Source: a virus (taxonomy: Duplodnaviria; Caudoviricetes). From it: a stretch of DNA of 61,346 bases. The stretch is from positions 1 through 61,346 of IMG/VR virus record IMGVR_UViG_3300049629_000715. One strand, 5' to 3'. The translations under genes were made by a program, and so were the position numbers. The notes beneath the pieces were generated by a model, which had not been told where the DNA came from, did no database searches, and saw nothing but the letters and a program-made list of their open reading frames with translations. Every line of letters begins with the position of its first letter. The first letter of the stretch is position 1. This document shows, one piece after another, positions 10,548 to 19,007 of the stretch.

Positions 10548-12670
10548 TGAAATCCCCGCAAATCACATCAGGCAGAGATGTAAAAGCGACAAGCGGATGG
10601 TTTGCTGGCGTCAATTCGATTAGAAATCCGTGGGCGTTACCAGAAAACCAATTCAAGTGGGGTGTTAATGTTCAAGTCCGAGGCGGAATTGTTCAAACAA
10701 GACCCGGAAATGCAATGAGACTTTCTTTGCCTCCGGGAAATTTCCAAGGCGGAATATTCTTTGCGGCTAACAAACAAAAAAAATCACCTACAACTCAAGA
10801 AATTGATGGCCAAACGCAATTTACAGAGGCTGAAATTTTCGATGTTGAAGGAGGTGGCGTTATAGCGCAAGAATTAAACTACATTGTTTTTGCTGTTGAC
10901 GGAGCCGTTTACTATGCGCCATTTCCTTTGGAACAACCAAAAAATTGGGCAGATCATAAATTAACAAATATCAAACTCGATCCTGATGTTGATCAATTTG
11001 TATTCACTCTGGCAACCCAATCAGCGAACCTTTCAACTGGGAAAAATGAAATCGTCACGCCTTCACATCGTGTCGTTTTTATTCAAGACGGGATTTCAAC
11101 GCCTGCTTATTGGGATGGTTCAAATAAAACTGGAGAACAGTCAAAAAACATACCTACTGGATATTGGATGGCGTTTTCAGGGAATCGTCTTTGGATAGCT
11201 GATAAAAACATCGTATTAGCTTCTGATTTGGGAGACCCGACATCATGGGAAGAAAGAAAAAGCGGAACGGGGAGAGGTGATTTTGCTTTTAGCCGACCGA
11301 TTACCGGATTGGTCAGTTATGTTGGTCAAGACACTTCTACGCGATTGATCGTTTTCACGGATAGATCAACATTTTCTTTGGCGAGCGGCGTCCTCGATAG
11401 GAGCCAATGGACTTCAACAGCAAATTTTCAGAATACGCTGTATCCGACAATCGGTTGCGTTGCTGGCAAAAGTATTACATTTCAAGCTGGTCAAATGTGG
11501 TGGTATTCTCAAGGCGGATTTGTCGCGGCGGACGTTGCGGCGGCATCTTATTTGTCTTCGCAAGTTCTTTTCAAAGATGTCGAGATGGCGCGAAGCAAGC
11601 AATACATGTCTGGTGACATCACAAAAATATGTTGCACTTCATTTGAAAATTACATTCTTGTCAGCATCCCCTATCTGGAAAAATTGAATAGCCAGACAAT
11701 GGTTCTTGATTACGCGGCGGCATCAGAATGGACGCAAGCGCGATCTCCTGCATGGTGTGGTGTTTGGACTGGAACTCGACCTGTTGAATGGGTCAGCGGA
11801 ATTATTGACGGGCAACAGCGTTGTTTTCATTTTAGCGTAGATTATTCTGCGACATCAGACGGGTCTTACAATCATCTTTGGGAATCTTTCGTTCCGCAAA
11901 GATACGATTCTTATTTCGATATAGAATCTGATGGCAGTATTACAGAACAACGCAACAGGATATATTGTTCTATGGAAACCGCCATGCTCGGAGATGGCAT
12001 GGATTACAAACAATTTATCTACTCTGAAGTTGAAACGAAAGAAATAGGCGGGGAGGTTGATATTGCCGTTTCGTTCCGTGGTAGCAAAGGCCAATACAAG
12101 CGGATTCTTTCACAGAAAATTCTTGCAGTTACAGATGACATCCAATGGAAAACAACTCCTTATGCCAAGGAAATTGAAAAACTCGGTTATCTAAAAACGC
12201 AATATCGGCGATTGATTACGGAGTCCGCTCAACGCACGATTGATTATGAAACTTGTGAAAGCGATTATACGATTGATATTGACAAGGCATTTTCAATTTT
12301 GGTTGAATGGTGCGGTCAACTTGGTGTAGAAATCGTCAGAATTTATCTTGATCCATACCCAACAAAAGCACTCGGTGTTCCGCAAAGAAGTGAAACAAAA
12401 CATTGCGTTGTTGGCGACGGCGGGGCAAATATTACTATTGCCAATTTGCCGAATGCGTATGCAGTCGGTGATGGCGTTCAAAAATCTTGGTATGCTACGG
12501 CTTTCAAAACAATATCTGTTCCGTGCGGGCCAACAGGGACAGTTGCGGCAACAGCACAAGCATCGTTTTTGTCATACATCAGTTATTCCCACGCTTACGA
12601 AGAAGCACAAAAACTTGCAGAGCAAGCCGCGACATCGGCGGCGCAACAATACGCGGCAGAGAATTGTTGA
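10547..12670 (+). CDS. Putative tail nozzle/tubular protein B (P22 gp10 / T7 gp12-like position)
   Basis: 707-aa beta-rich protein; WFAGVNS…P N-terminus and NRLW…SDLGDPTSW motif; synteny. Confidence 0.65.
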   Translation: MKSPQITSGRDVKATSGWFAGVNSIRNPWALPENQFKWGVNVQVRGGIVQTRPGNAMRLSLPPGNFQGGIFFAANKQKKSPTTQEIDGQTQFTEAEIFDVEGGGVIAQELNYIVFAVDGAVYYAPFPLEQPKNWADHKLTNIKLDPDVDQFVFTLATQSANLSTGKNEIVTPSHRVVFIQDGISTPAYWDGSNKTGEQSKNIPTGYWMAFSGNRLWIADKNIVLASDLGDPTSWEERKSGTGRGDFAFSRPITGLVSYVGQDTSTRLIVFTDRSTFSLASGVLDRSQWTSTANFQNTLYPTIGCVAGKSITFQAGQMWWYSQGGFVAADVAAASYLSSQVLFKDVEMARSKQYMSGDITKICCTSFENYILVSIPYLEKLNSQTMVLDYAAASEWTQARSPAWCGVWTGTRPVEWVSGIIDGQQRCFHFSVDYSATSDGSYNHLWESFVPQRYDSYFDIESDGSITEQRNRIYCSMETAMLGDGMDYKQFIYSEVETKEIGGEVDIAVSFRGSKGQYKRILSQKILAVTDDIQWKTTPYAKEIEKLGYLKTQYRRLITESAQRTIDYETCESDYTIDIDKAFSILVEWCGQLGVEIVRIYLDPYPTKALGVPQRSETKHCVVGDGGANITIANLPNAYAVGDGVQKSWYATAFKTISVPCGPTGTVAATAQASFLSYISYSHAYEEAQKLAEQAATSAAQQYAAENC

Positions 12671-12672
12671 TT

Positions 12673-12930
12673 ATGCCATCTATTAAAACAGCTTCAGTTC
12701 CTGTGACGAATTTCCCATACAAATTCGTTTCCCCATTCAGCGATGACAACATTATACCGCTTTATTCTTCGATCAATTTTATTAACGAAAGAGAAACGAT
12801 TTGTTTGCCATGTGTCGTGTGTGGTAATAATGTAACTCGTCAAAGCGTGATTGAAGAACAGGCGAGCCGATATAAGAATTACATCCCAAATCAATTTAAT
12901 AGAAATAGAATCCGAGTTGGATCAGCATAA
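12673..12930 (+). CDS. Hypothetical protein with CxxCxxC
   Basis: MPSIKTASVP… start at 12673; ICLPCVVC. Confidence 0.6.
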   Translation: MPSIKTASVPVTNFPYKFVSPFSDDNIIPLYSSINFINERETICLPCVVCGNNVTRQSVIEEQASRYKNYIPNQFNRNRIRVGSA

Positions 12931-12932
12931 AT

Positions 12933-13310
12933 ATGACAAAATCAATATCATACAAAACAATACCAAAAGACAGCGGCGAGTTTCTCGAACTCGTAGATTT
13001 CGCAGAAGAATTCGATCACAAAATTGTTGATCATCCGCAAATCAATGTCATCGGTCACTACAAAGACGGAAAACTTTTCGGGTATTCAGATCATGTATTC
13101 ATTCCCGTGATTTATCCGGCGTTTCATCCGGCACACACAACGCCGAGGGATGTTTTGCAATCTATGCACGATCTAAAAGTTTTCGCAGAGGTTTCTGGTT
13201 CCGCAGGATTTATCGGTGTTCCGCTTGAATCAGAAAGAATCACATTCACGAATGGAATAATGCAAAAACTCGGCTTGCAAAGAATGCACCGAGAGCTTTA
13301 TACTTTATAG
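12933..13310 (+). CDS. Possible GNAT-fold virion assembly protein (P22 gp14 / T7 gp13-like position)
   Basis: 125 aa, ends …MQKLGLQR…; sits between the nozzle and the MGG-start proteins. Confidence 0.4.
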   Translation: MTKSISYKTIPKDSGEFLELVDFAEEFDHKIVDHPQINVIGHYKDGKLFGYSDHVFIPVIYPAFHPAHTTPRDVLQSMHDLKVFAEVSGSAGFIGVPLESERITFTNGIMQKLGLQRMHRELYTL

Positions 13311-13320
13311 GAGAAAAATT

Positions 13321-14187
13321 ATGGGAGGAAGTTACCAAGTTCCGACAACCTACAATACAGCGGCAATGTTGCCTCCGCCTGATTCGCAAGGCACATACAA
13401 TATTCTAAAAGCATCGTCGCAGTTGGGTGGCGGAGCGATGGATTTGCATCGCAAAAATGTTGAAATGGCATCCAAGATGCCGCCGATTCGGATGGAGTAT
13501 AATCCTTCGGAACTTTCAAAACAAACAGCGGAATTCGGTGTTGGTAATGTGTTGAGGGAGCGTCAAATTGAATCTTTCACCAATCCTGCGGCGGCAAGAA
13601 TGCGTTTGGATATTGCCGAGCAAATTGAAGAGGCGACTTCTCCAGATGCTTTCAAATCTTTTTTTGATCGGTTCGCTAAAGAGCGTGGAATTTCTTCAAT
13701 AGCTGGTAGCGGGATTGATCCAAACAGCACGATTGGACGATCCGCGATTTATGACGCAACAACGGAAGCTGGCAGGAATTTTCTGTTAGGGAATATCAAC
13801 GCTCGGCAAGGGTTTTTACAGCAAACTCCCGCTCCAATTGGCGGAATTGATCCCGGACAGGCAATTTCCGCGCAGGAAGCCAACAGAGCCGCAAATATCG
13901 GTCAAATGAACGCTTGGCAAGCAGGACAAATGCAGAATGTTTTTGGTCTTGGCCAAGGATACGCTGATTTCGTTAATAAAATGATGGGTGAAACGCTCTC
14001 CGCGAACCAAGCGGAGCAAGCAAATTTGCGTCAATATCAAGAAAAACTCATCAACGATTTGCTTGGGCAAAAAAACGCAGAAAATCAAATGCGAGGAATG
14101 GCGGCGCAAGGCGACCAAGCGATGACTGGCGCTCTTGCTGGCGCGGGAATTGGCGCGGTTGGCTTGATTGCGGCGGCAATGATTTAA
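13321..14187 (+). CDS. Putative DNA ejection/internal virion protein
   Basis: MGGS start, Q/A-rich helical body, C-terminal Gly-zipper hydrophobic tail GALAGAGIGAVGLIAAAMI. Confidence 0.6.
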   Translation: MGGSYQVPTTYNTAAMLPPPDSQGTYNILKASSQLGGGAMDLHRKNVEMASKMPPIRMEYNPSELSKQTAEFGVGNVLRERQIESFTNPAAARMRLDIAEQIEEATSPDAFKSFFDRFAKERGISSIAGSGIDPNSTIGRSAIYDATTEAGRNFLLGNINARQGFLQQTPAPIGGIDPGQAISAQEANRAANIGQMNAWQAGQMQNVFGLGQGYADFVNKMMGETLSANQAEQANLRQYQEKLINDLLGQKNAENQMRGMAAQGDQAMTGALAGAGIGAVGLIAAAMI

Positions 14188-14188
14188 T

Positions 14189-15154
14189 ATGGAAAACCTA
14201 ATAAATACGACAGTCGAATACATAAAATTGTGGAATCAAAATTGGCCGAGATCGGTCATTTTTTGGTCTGGCGGGAAAGATTCAACGGCATTGTTGCATC
14301 TGATCAAATTTCGTGCTGGCTTGGATTTGCCAGTTGTTCAGTTTCGAGAACCAAAATTCCGCGAACGATACGCTTATAGTGACAAACTCATTAAAGACTG
14401 GAAACTCGAAGTTCACGATTATCCGCCGCTTCGCGTTGCTTTGGCTGATGGGCCTGATGTCAATACTGGCGAGGTTCGCTTTGATCTACTGAAATACTTC
14501 CAATGGGGTCAAAAGTGCATGGTGATGAGCCTCGGAACAGAACGACCAAAAGAAGGCGAAGATTTTCTGTGTGGATTGAATGACTTTCTGTTTCGCCCAA
14601 CGGGAACATTTAATTGGCCTTGGGGCGCGGTTTGGATTGGAACGAAAAATACCGACACAGACCTCATTAAAGGCCAAGTTGCCGTAACAACTCACATTCG
14701 CTACGCAGACGGCTCCCCTGTGAGCTTGTATCCCCTGCGAGATTGGTCAGATAAAGATGTTTATGACTACTTGGAGCTTTCTGGAGTTGAACCTGATCCA
14801 ACTCGATACATTAAAGAAGGTGAAAACTGGATAAACAATCCTGACAAGAGCTTAAACGCAGATTTTTATCCTGTTTGCTTGAATTGCGTTGATCGCCACC
14901 AAGGGCAATATGTTGATTGCCCGAAATTGAAGGCAAAAACCAGCAATATCAGCCATCTCGCGCCTTACGAAGATATTGTTATTGATGACCTCGGGTTCCG
15001 TCCGGTAGATTGGAAAAAAAATAAATCAATATGTATGACTGTGAAACCTGCGGAGCCTGTTGCGCCTACAAATGGTCTTGGCCCGTCCTCAAACGAGATA
15101 AATCAGACGCAAACGGAATACCGCACGACTGGATTCGCCCAGACTACCCATTGA
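14189..15154 (+). CDS. PAPS-reductase/DndC-like PP-loop (adenine nucleotide alpha hydrolase) protein
   Basis: FWSGGKDS PP-loop, YPLRDWSDKDVYDYL motif, C-terminal CLNC…C. Confidence 0.8.
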   Translation: MENLINTTVEYIKLWNQNWPRSVIFWSGGKDSTALLHLIKFRAGLDLPVVQFREPKFRERYAYSDKLIKDWKLEVHDYPPLRVALADGPDVNTGEVRFDLLKYFQWGQKCMVMSLGTERPKEGEDFLCGLNDFLFRPTGTFNWPWGAVWIGTKNTDTDLIKGQVAVTTHIRYADGSPVSLYPLRDWSDKDVYDYLELSGVEPDPTRYIKEGENWINNPDKSLNADFYPVCLNCVDRHQGQYVDCPKLKAKTSNISHLAPYEDIVIDDLGFRPVDWKKNKSICMTVKPAEPVAPTNGLGPSSNEINQTQTEYRTTGFAQTTH

Positions 15155-15306
15155 TGAAAACAGAAAATAACAGATGCGTTGCTTTAAAAGGGGAAATCGG
15201 AGTTTCCGTTAAGTGTTCTGTATATAATTGCAGGCCTACTGCGTGTAGAAAATTTGAACCCGGATCAGAGTTGTGCATTGAAGCAAGAAAGGCGAAAGGA
15301 ATATAA
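15031..15306 (+). CDS. YkgJ-like Cys-cluster (CxxCxxCC, Fe-S/Zn) protein
   Basis: DCETCGACC…RCVAL…CSVYNCRPTACRKF…C. Confidence 0.85.
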   Translation: MYDCETCGACCAYKWSWPVLKRDKSDANGIPHDWIRPDYPLMKTENNRCVALKGEIGVSVKCSVYNCRPTACRKFEPGSELCIEARKAKGI

Positions 15307-15308
15307 TT

Positions 15309-15872
15309 ATGGGCGGATCATCATTCGGAAAACAATTTGGCAAGATAACAACTAAAATTGTTGATCCTTTTGGAATTGGCAAAACTAAATTCGGTAAGAC
15401 CGTAATGAAAGTTGTTGATCCATTAAACATAATGGACCCATTGAATGTATTACCCGGAAAAGGTGAGAAATGGGGAACTCTAGATAAAAATTATGGTGGC
15501 CCATTAAGAAAAATGTTTGGCGGAGGCGGCGGAGGAAGCGTCGGATATCACCAACCATACGACTTTAAAGCAATGCAAGGAATGATGCAAAGCGACACAT
15601 CAAATCAGATGATGGGCGATTTGATAACGCAACAGGCAATGGCAAATCAGGCGGCATCTACGCAAACGGCGGCAAATTTACAAGCGGCAAACGCTCAACA
15701 ACAGCAAAACATCAATTCTGCTATGCAAAATTCTCGTCAAAACATGAACAATTTTTTGCTTCGGACGCCAGTTCCATCTACATTTTCAGCAATTACACCA
15801 GCAACCCAAAATAAAACAACTAACAACGCATTCAAAACTCCGAATGTTGCTGGTTTGACATTCGGAAGTTAA
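15309..15872 (+). CDS. Putative internal virion protein A (MGGS start, C-terminal tag)
   Basis: Low-complexity Q/A/N; ends NAFKTPNVAGLTFGS. Confidence 0.65.
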   Translation: MGGSSFGKQFGKITTKIVDPFGIGKTKFGKTVMKVVDPLNIMDPLNVLPGKGEKWGTLDKNYGGPLRKMFGGGGGGSVGYHQPYDFKAMQGMMQSDTSNQMMGDLITQQAMANQAASTQTAANLQAANAQQQQNINSAMQNSRQNMNNFLLRTPVPSTFSAITPATQNKTTNNAFKTPNVAGLTFGS

Positions 15873-15887
15873 TAGAAAGGAAAAATT

Positions 15888-16463
15888 ATGGGAGGATCAG
15901 CCCCAAGAGGACCAAGTCAAAGTCAAATCAATGCGCAAAGAGCGCATGAACAAGCAATGTTGAAGATGCAAATGGATCTTGCTCAACAGCAAATGAAACA
16001 ACAGCAGGATATGCTCAAATATCAAATAGAACAGGCTAATAAACAGCGCATTGCCGCAGAGGAGGCCGCAAAACAGGCGGCAATCCAATCACAATCTGCG
16101 ACAGCACAAAATGCCGCACAACAAAACCTGCAAGATGTCGCTCAAAAAATTGAGGGCATGAATACGATGCAAAATTTGGCTGATCAATCAACATTGGCTG
16201 ATTATCAAAATAGTTTGACAACAGGAGCTGAAAACATGACCGGAGGTTATGATATGGCTAATGCAAAAGAATCTGCTATGCAGAATCTCGGATTGGCTTC
16301 TGGTTCACTTCCGCAAACGCCATCGAATTTGATCGGTTCTTTGTCTGCCGTGAATCCGGCTATGACAACTGCGGCAATAAACACGCAGGCCGGAGGAACA
16401 AAGCAATCGCAAAATCAATTCAGCTTGCCAAATACCAGCGGAATTGTTTTGGGAGGAACATAA
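15888..16463 (+). CDS. Putative internal virion protein B (MGGS start, C-terminal tag)
   Basis: Q/A-rich coiled coil; ends NQFSLPNTSGIVLGGT. Confidence 0.65.
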   Translation: MGGSAPRGPSQSQINAQRAHEQAMLKMQMDLAQQQMKQQQDMLKYQIEQANKQRIAAEEAAKQAAIQSQSATAQNAAQQNLQDVAQKIEGMNTMQNLADQSTLADYQNSLTTGAENMTGGYDMANAKESAMQNLGLASGSLPQTPSNLIGSLSAVNPAMTTAAINTQAGGTKQSQNQFSLPNTSGIVLGGT

Positions 16464-16464
16464 T

Positions 16465-17292
16465 ATGGCTGACATTCTAAAAGAAATCGAAGACGCGGGA
16501 AGAAGTACCGACAATGTTGTTGGGCATTTGACTGTTGGAGAAATTGTTATTCCTGTTCAACTCGCAGAAATTCCAGAAGTAAAAAAAGCAATAAAAGCTA
16601 TTTTCCAAGAATACGGAGTTAGCTTGAATGAATTTACGGTGGGAAATTCTGAAAATAAGATCAATCCTGAAACTGGATATCCGGAATTTTTCTTTAAAAA
16701 AGCTTGGAACGCTGTTAAAAAAGTAGTTTCAGGAGCTGGTAAAGCTGTTAGCAATACAGTGAAGAATGTTAGTAAAGTTGTTACAGGTAAATCTAAACCC
16801 AAAGCTCCTAAAACCACAACTCCTGCCGCGACAAGCACAACGCAAGAAGATTTGCAAAAACAATTGGATCAGGGGAAAAAAGATTTTAAGAAGACGATGG
16901 CTGGCCTGAAAAAACAAGATGAAGATAACAGAATAAAAGCTGAAAAAGACGCAAAAGATCGAGCTATTGCCGAAGAATCTGCAAGAGCAAGAGGTCTTGC
17001 CGCGACAAATCAACAGGAAATAGCAACACAACTTGATCAAGCTCTTTCAAAACCTTTGATTCAAGATGTCGTCACAAATGCTCCTCAATATAGTCCGAGC
17101 GGATTTGGTGCTGATATGCCAAAAAAAGCTGTTCCGGGAGCTGGCGGAGGGCCAACCCCTTCTGAAACAGCCGCGACAATGCCAGCGGGTCTTTTGGCGC
17201 AAAAAATCAATCAAGACAGCGGCGGAACAAATATGGCGACTAATCGTTTCAATATCCCAAATGTAGAAGGTCTTCAATTCGGAGGCTCGTAA
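16465..17292 (+). CDS. Putative internal virion protein C with INPETGxPEF domain and C-terminal tag
   Basis: GRSTDNVVGHLTVGE…INPETGYPEFFF; ends NRFNIPNVEGLQFGGS; start MADIL at 16465. Confidence 0.65.
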   Translation: MADILKEIEDAGRSTDNVVGHLTVGEIVIPVQLAEIPEVKKAIKAIFQEYGVSLNEFTVGNSENKINPETGYPEFFFKKAWNAVKKVVSGAGKAVSNTVKNVSKVVTGKSKPKAPKTTTPAATSTTQEDLQKQLDQGKKDFKKTMAGLKKQDEDNRIKAEKDAKDRAIAEESARARGLAATNQQEIATQLDQALSKPLIQDVVTNAPQYSPSGFGADMPKKAVPGAGGGPTPSETAATMPAGLLAQKINQDSGGTNMATNRFNIPNVEGLQFGGS

Positions 17293-17295
17293 TTT

Positions 17296-19005
17296 ATGAC
17301 TAACGCTGGCTATAATTTTTCATACACTCCTAAACCATCATCCGCATTAGCAAATCTGAATCCGATTTCACTCGGCGAAGGATTAAGATTTCAAGCTGAC
17401 GCGCCGATGAAATTCATTGAACAGCGGCCAGAGGTCGTGATGGAAGGAATTTTGAAAGGTCGCCAGCAAATGGCTGAATCTATTACAGAAGGAGCCTTAT
17501 CCGCTCTTGGTAATATAACGGGAGCGTTCAAAGAGGAACGGCAAGCCAAAAAAGAAGCTCAAGAAAAAGCGGATCAACGAGAGCATGAATTAACGATTTG
17601 GGATAAACGCGTCACAGCCGTTAAGCCTGAAAATGAACGCGACATTCTTTACGATAACCTTCGGAATCAACTTACAGAACAAAAGTTGTTGGAGATGGAA
17701 AATCGGGTGAATGCCGTAACGCCAACTGCTGTTCGTGAAAAAGGATATTTTTCTAGTGATCCAGTAGATATTCCGATTGAGGATATGCCGAAGAGTTTAG
17801 ATGAGGAGAAAAAACAATCTTCCTTGATGAATTTGCAGACTCCAATTCCTAACATTGCGTCTAATGAGCCTGCTCCAATTTTATCGAACATCAACGACAT
17901 TTCAGCCTTTGCGCCTCCTGTTGACGGATACTCATTGGCTGGCGTTAGTGCGCCTAAAACTGCCGACCGAATTTTCCCTACAAGTGAAGGTCAGGTTAAT
18001 TTTGGCGGCGAGACATTTGAATTAGAGCGAGTCAGCGGAGCAGAAGGGGTTCCTACTCTTGCTTCTACTCCTGCGCCGCCACCAACCAAAGCTCCTGTTT
18101 CAAAACAGCAAGCGGAACAATCTCGCTTGACTCCTTCTCCTGCGGAGTTCGTTGATAAAGTAACTGGTCAACCAGAATCAAAGAAAAGACAGCCAACCGC
18201 GTATGAAATTGAACAATACTACGCTGGCGAGCCATACGGCAGTCTTGCTGACGCTAATTTTGCCAAACGCGAAATGGGCAAATTAGGATATAAAACTAAA
18301 GTTACGCCAATCGAAGACCCGACAAGCAAAAAGCGCATCTATTATGTGGAATACGAGCAAGCTGGCGAGGAACCAACAAAAGGGTTAAGAATGGTTGAAG
18401 CCACGGAAAAAGATGGCGTAATAACCAAGAAATACGAGCCGGAAATCGCTCCTAAAAAGAAAATATCAGCATTAGATAGCGGTCAATTTCAGTTAGAGGC
18501 AATGGTAAAATCTATCAATGATATTAAAAAATTGCAAACCGAAGGATATTTACCAGAAACTGGAAAATTCTCATCATATCTTGCAAAACTTCCTGTCACA
18601 ACAGACGCTTCAAGGACACGAGGATTTTTGAAACCTATTCTGGCTAATGCCGCTTTCAAAGCAATTACAGAAATGCGTCAAGCAAGCCCCACGGGGGCGG
18701 CAGTTGGTGGTGTTTCGGATAAAGATTTGGAACTATTGATGAATACCATGGGGGCAATCGATCCAGACAATCTTGATGATCCGTATTTCACAGAAAATCT
18801 TAATAAGATTGCAGAACTTGCACAAAGAACTCTTTCTGGCATTCAGAATGACAAAGTTGCAATCTTGAAACAGGTAAAATCGCAAGGAGAAGAAATAGAT
18901 GGAATTCCTCTTGTTGAAAATCAAGCAGAATATGATGCTGTTCGTAAAGGGCGGCAGTATTACGGGTTGAAAACTGGCCAACTAAAACTTTTTACTAAAG
19001 AATAA
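17296..19005 (+). CDS. Putative ejection protein
   Basis: Helical C-terminal domain with MRQASPTGAAVGGVSDKDLELL motif, typical of podovirus-type ejection proteins as I recall them; synteny. Confidence 0.55.
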   Translation: MTNAGYNFSYTPKPSSALANLNPISLGEGLRFQADAPMKFIEQRPEVVMEGILKGRQQMAESITEGALSALGNITGAFKEERQAKKEAQEKADQREHELTIWDKRVTAVKPENERDILYDNLRNQLTEQKLLEMENRVNAVTPTAVREKGYFSSDPVDIPIEDMPKSLDEEKKQSSLMNLQTPIPNIASNEPAPILSNINDISAFAPPVDGYSLAGVSAPKTADRIFPTSEGQVNFGGETFELERVSGAEGVPTLASTPAPPPTKAPVSKQQAEQSRLTPSPAEFVDKVTGQPESKKRQPTAYEIEQYYAGEPYGSLADANFAKREMGKLGYKTKVTPIEDPTSKKRIYYVEYEQAGEEPTKGLRMVEATEKDGVITKKYEPEIAPKKKISALDSGQFQLEAMVKSINDIKKLQTEGYLPETGKFSSYLAKLPVTTDASRTRGFLKPILANAAFKAITEMRQASPTGAAVGGVSDKDLELLMNTMGAIDPDNLDDPYFTENLNKIAELAQRTLSGIQNDKVAILKQVKSQGEEIDGIPLVENQAEYDAVRKGRQYYGLKTGQLKLFTKE

Positions 19006-19007
19006 TA

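Noticed and set aside
14189-15154. Calling this gene cysH, dndC or queC
   Set aside because: It has only superfamily motifs; I saw no other dnd genes, no CysH C-terminal ECGLH motif and no QueC Cys pattern
17296-17400. NPISLGEGLRFQ as a fourth copy of the C-terminal tag
   Set aside because: Only G-L-x-F matches; it lacks the PN and terminal GG and is not C-terminal
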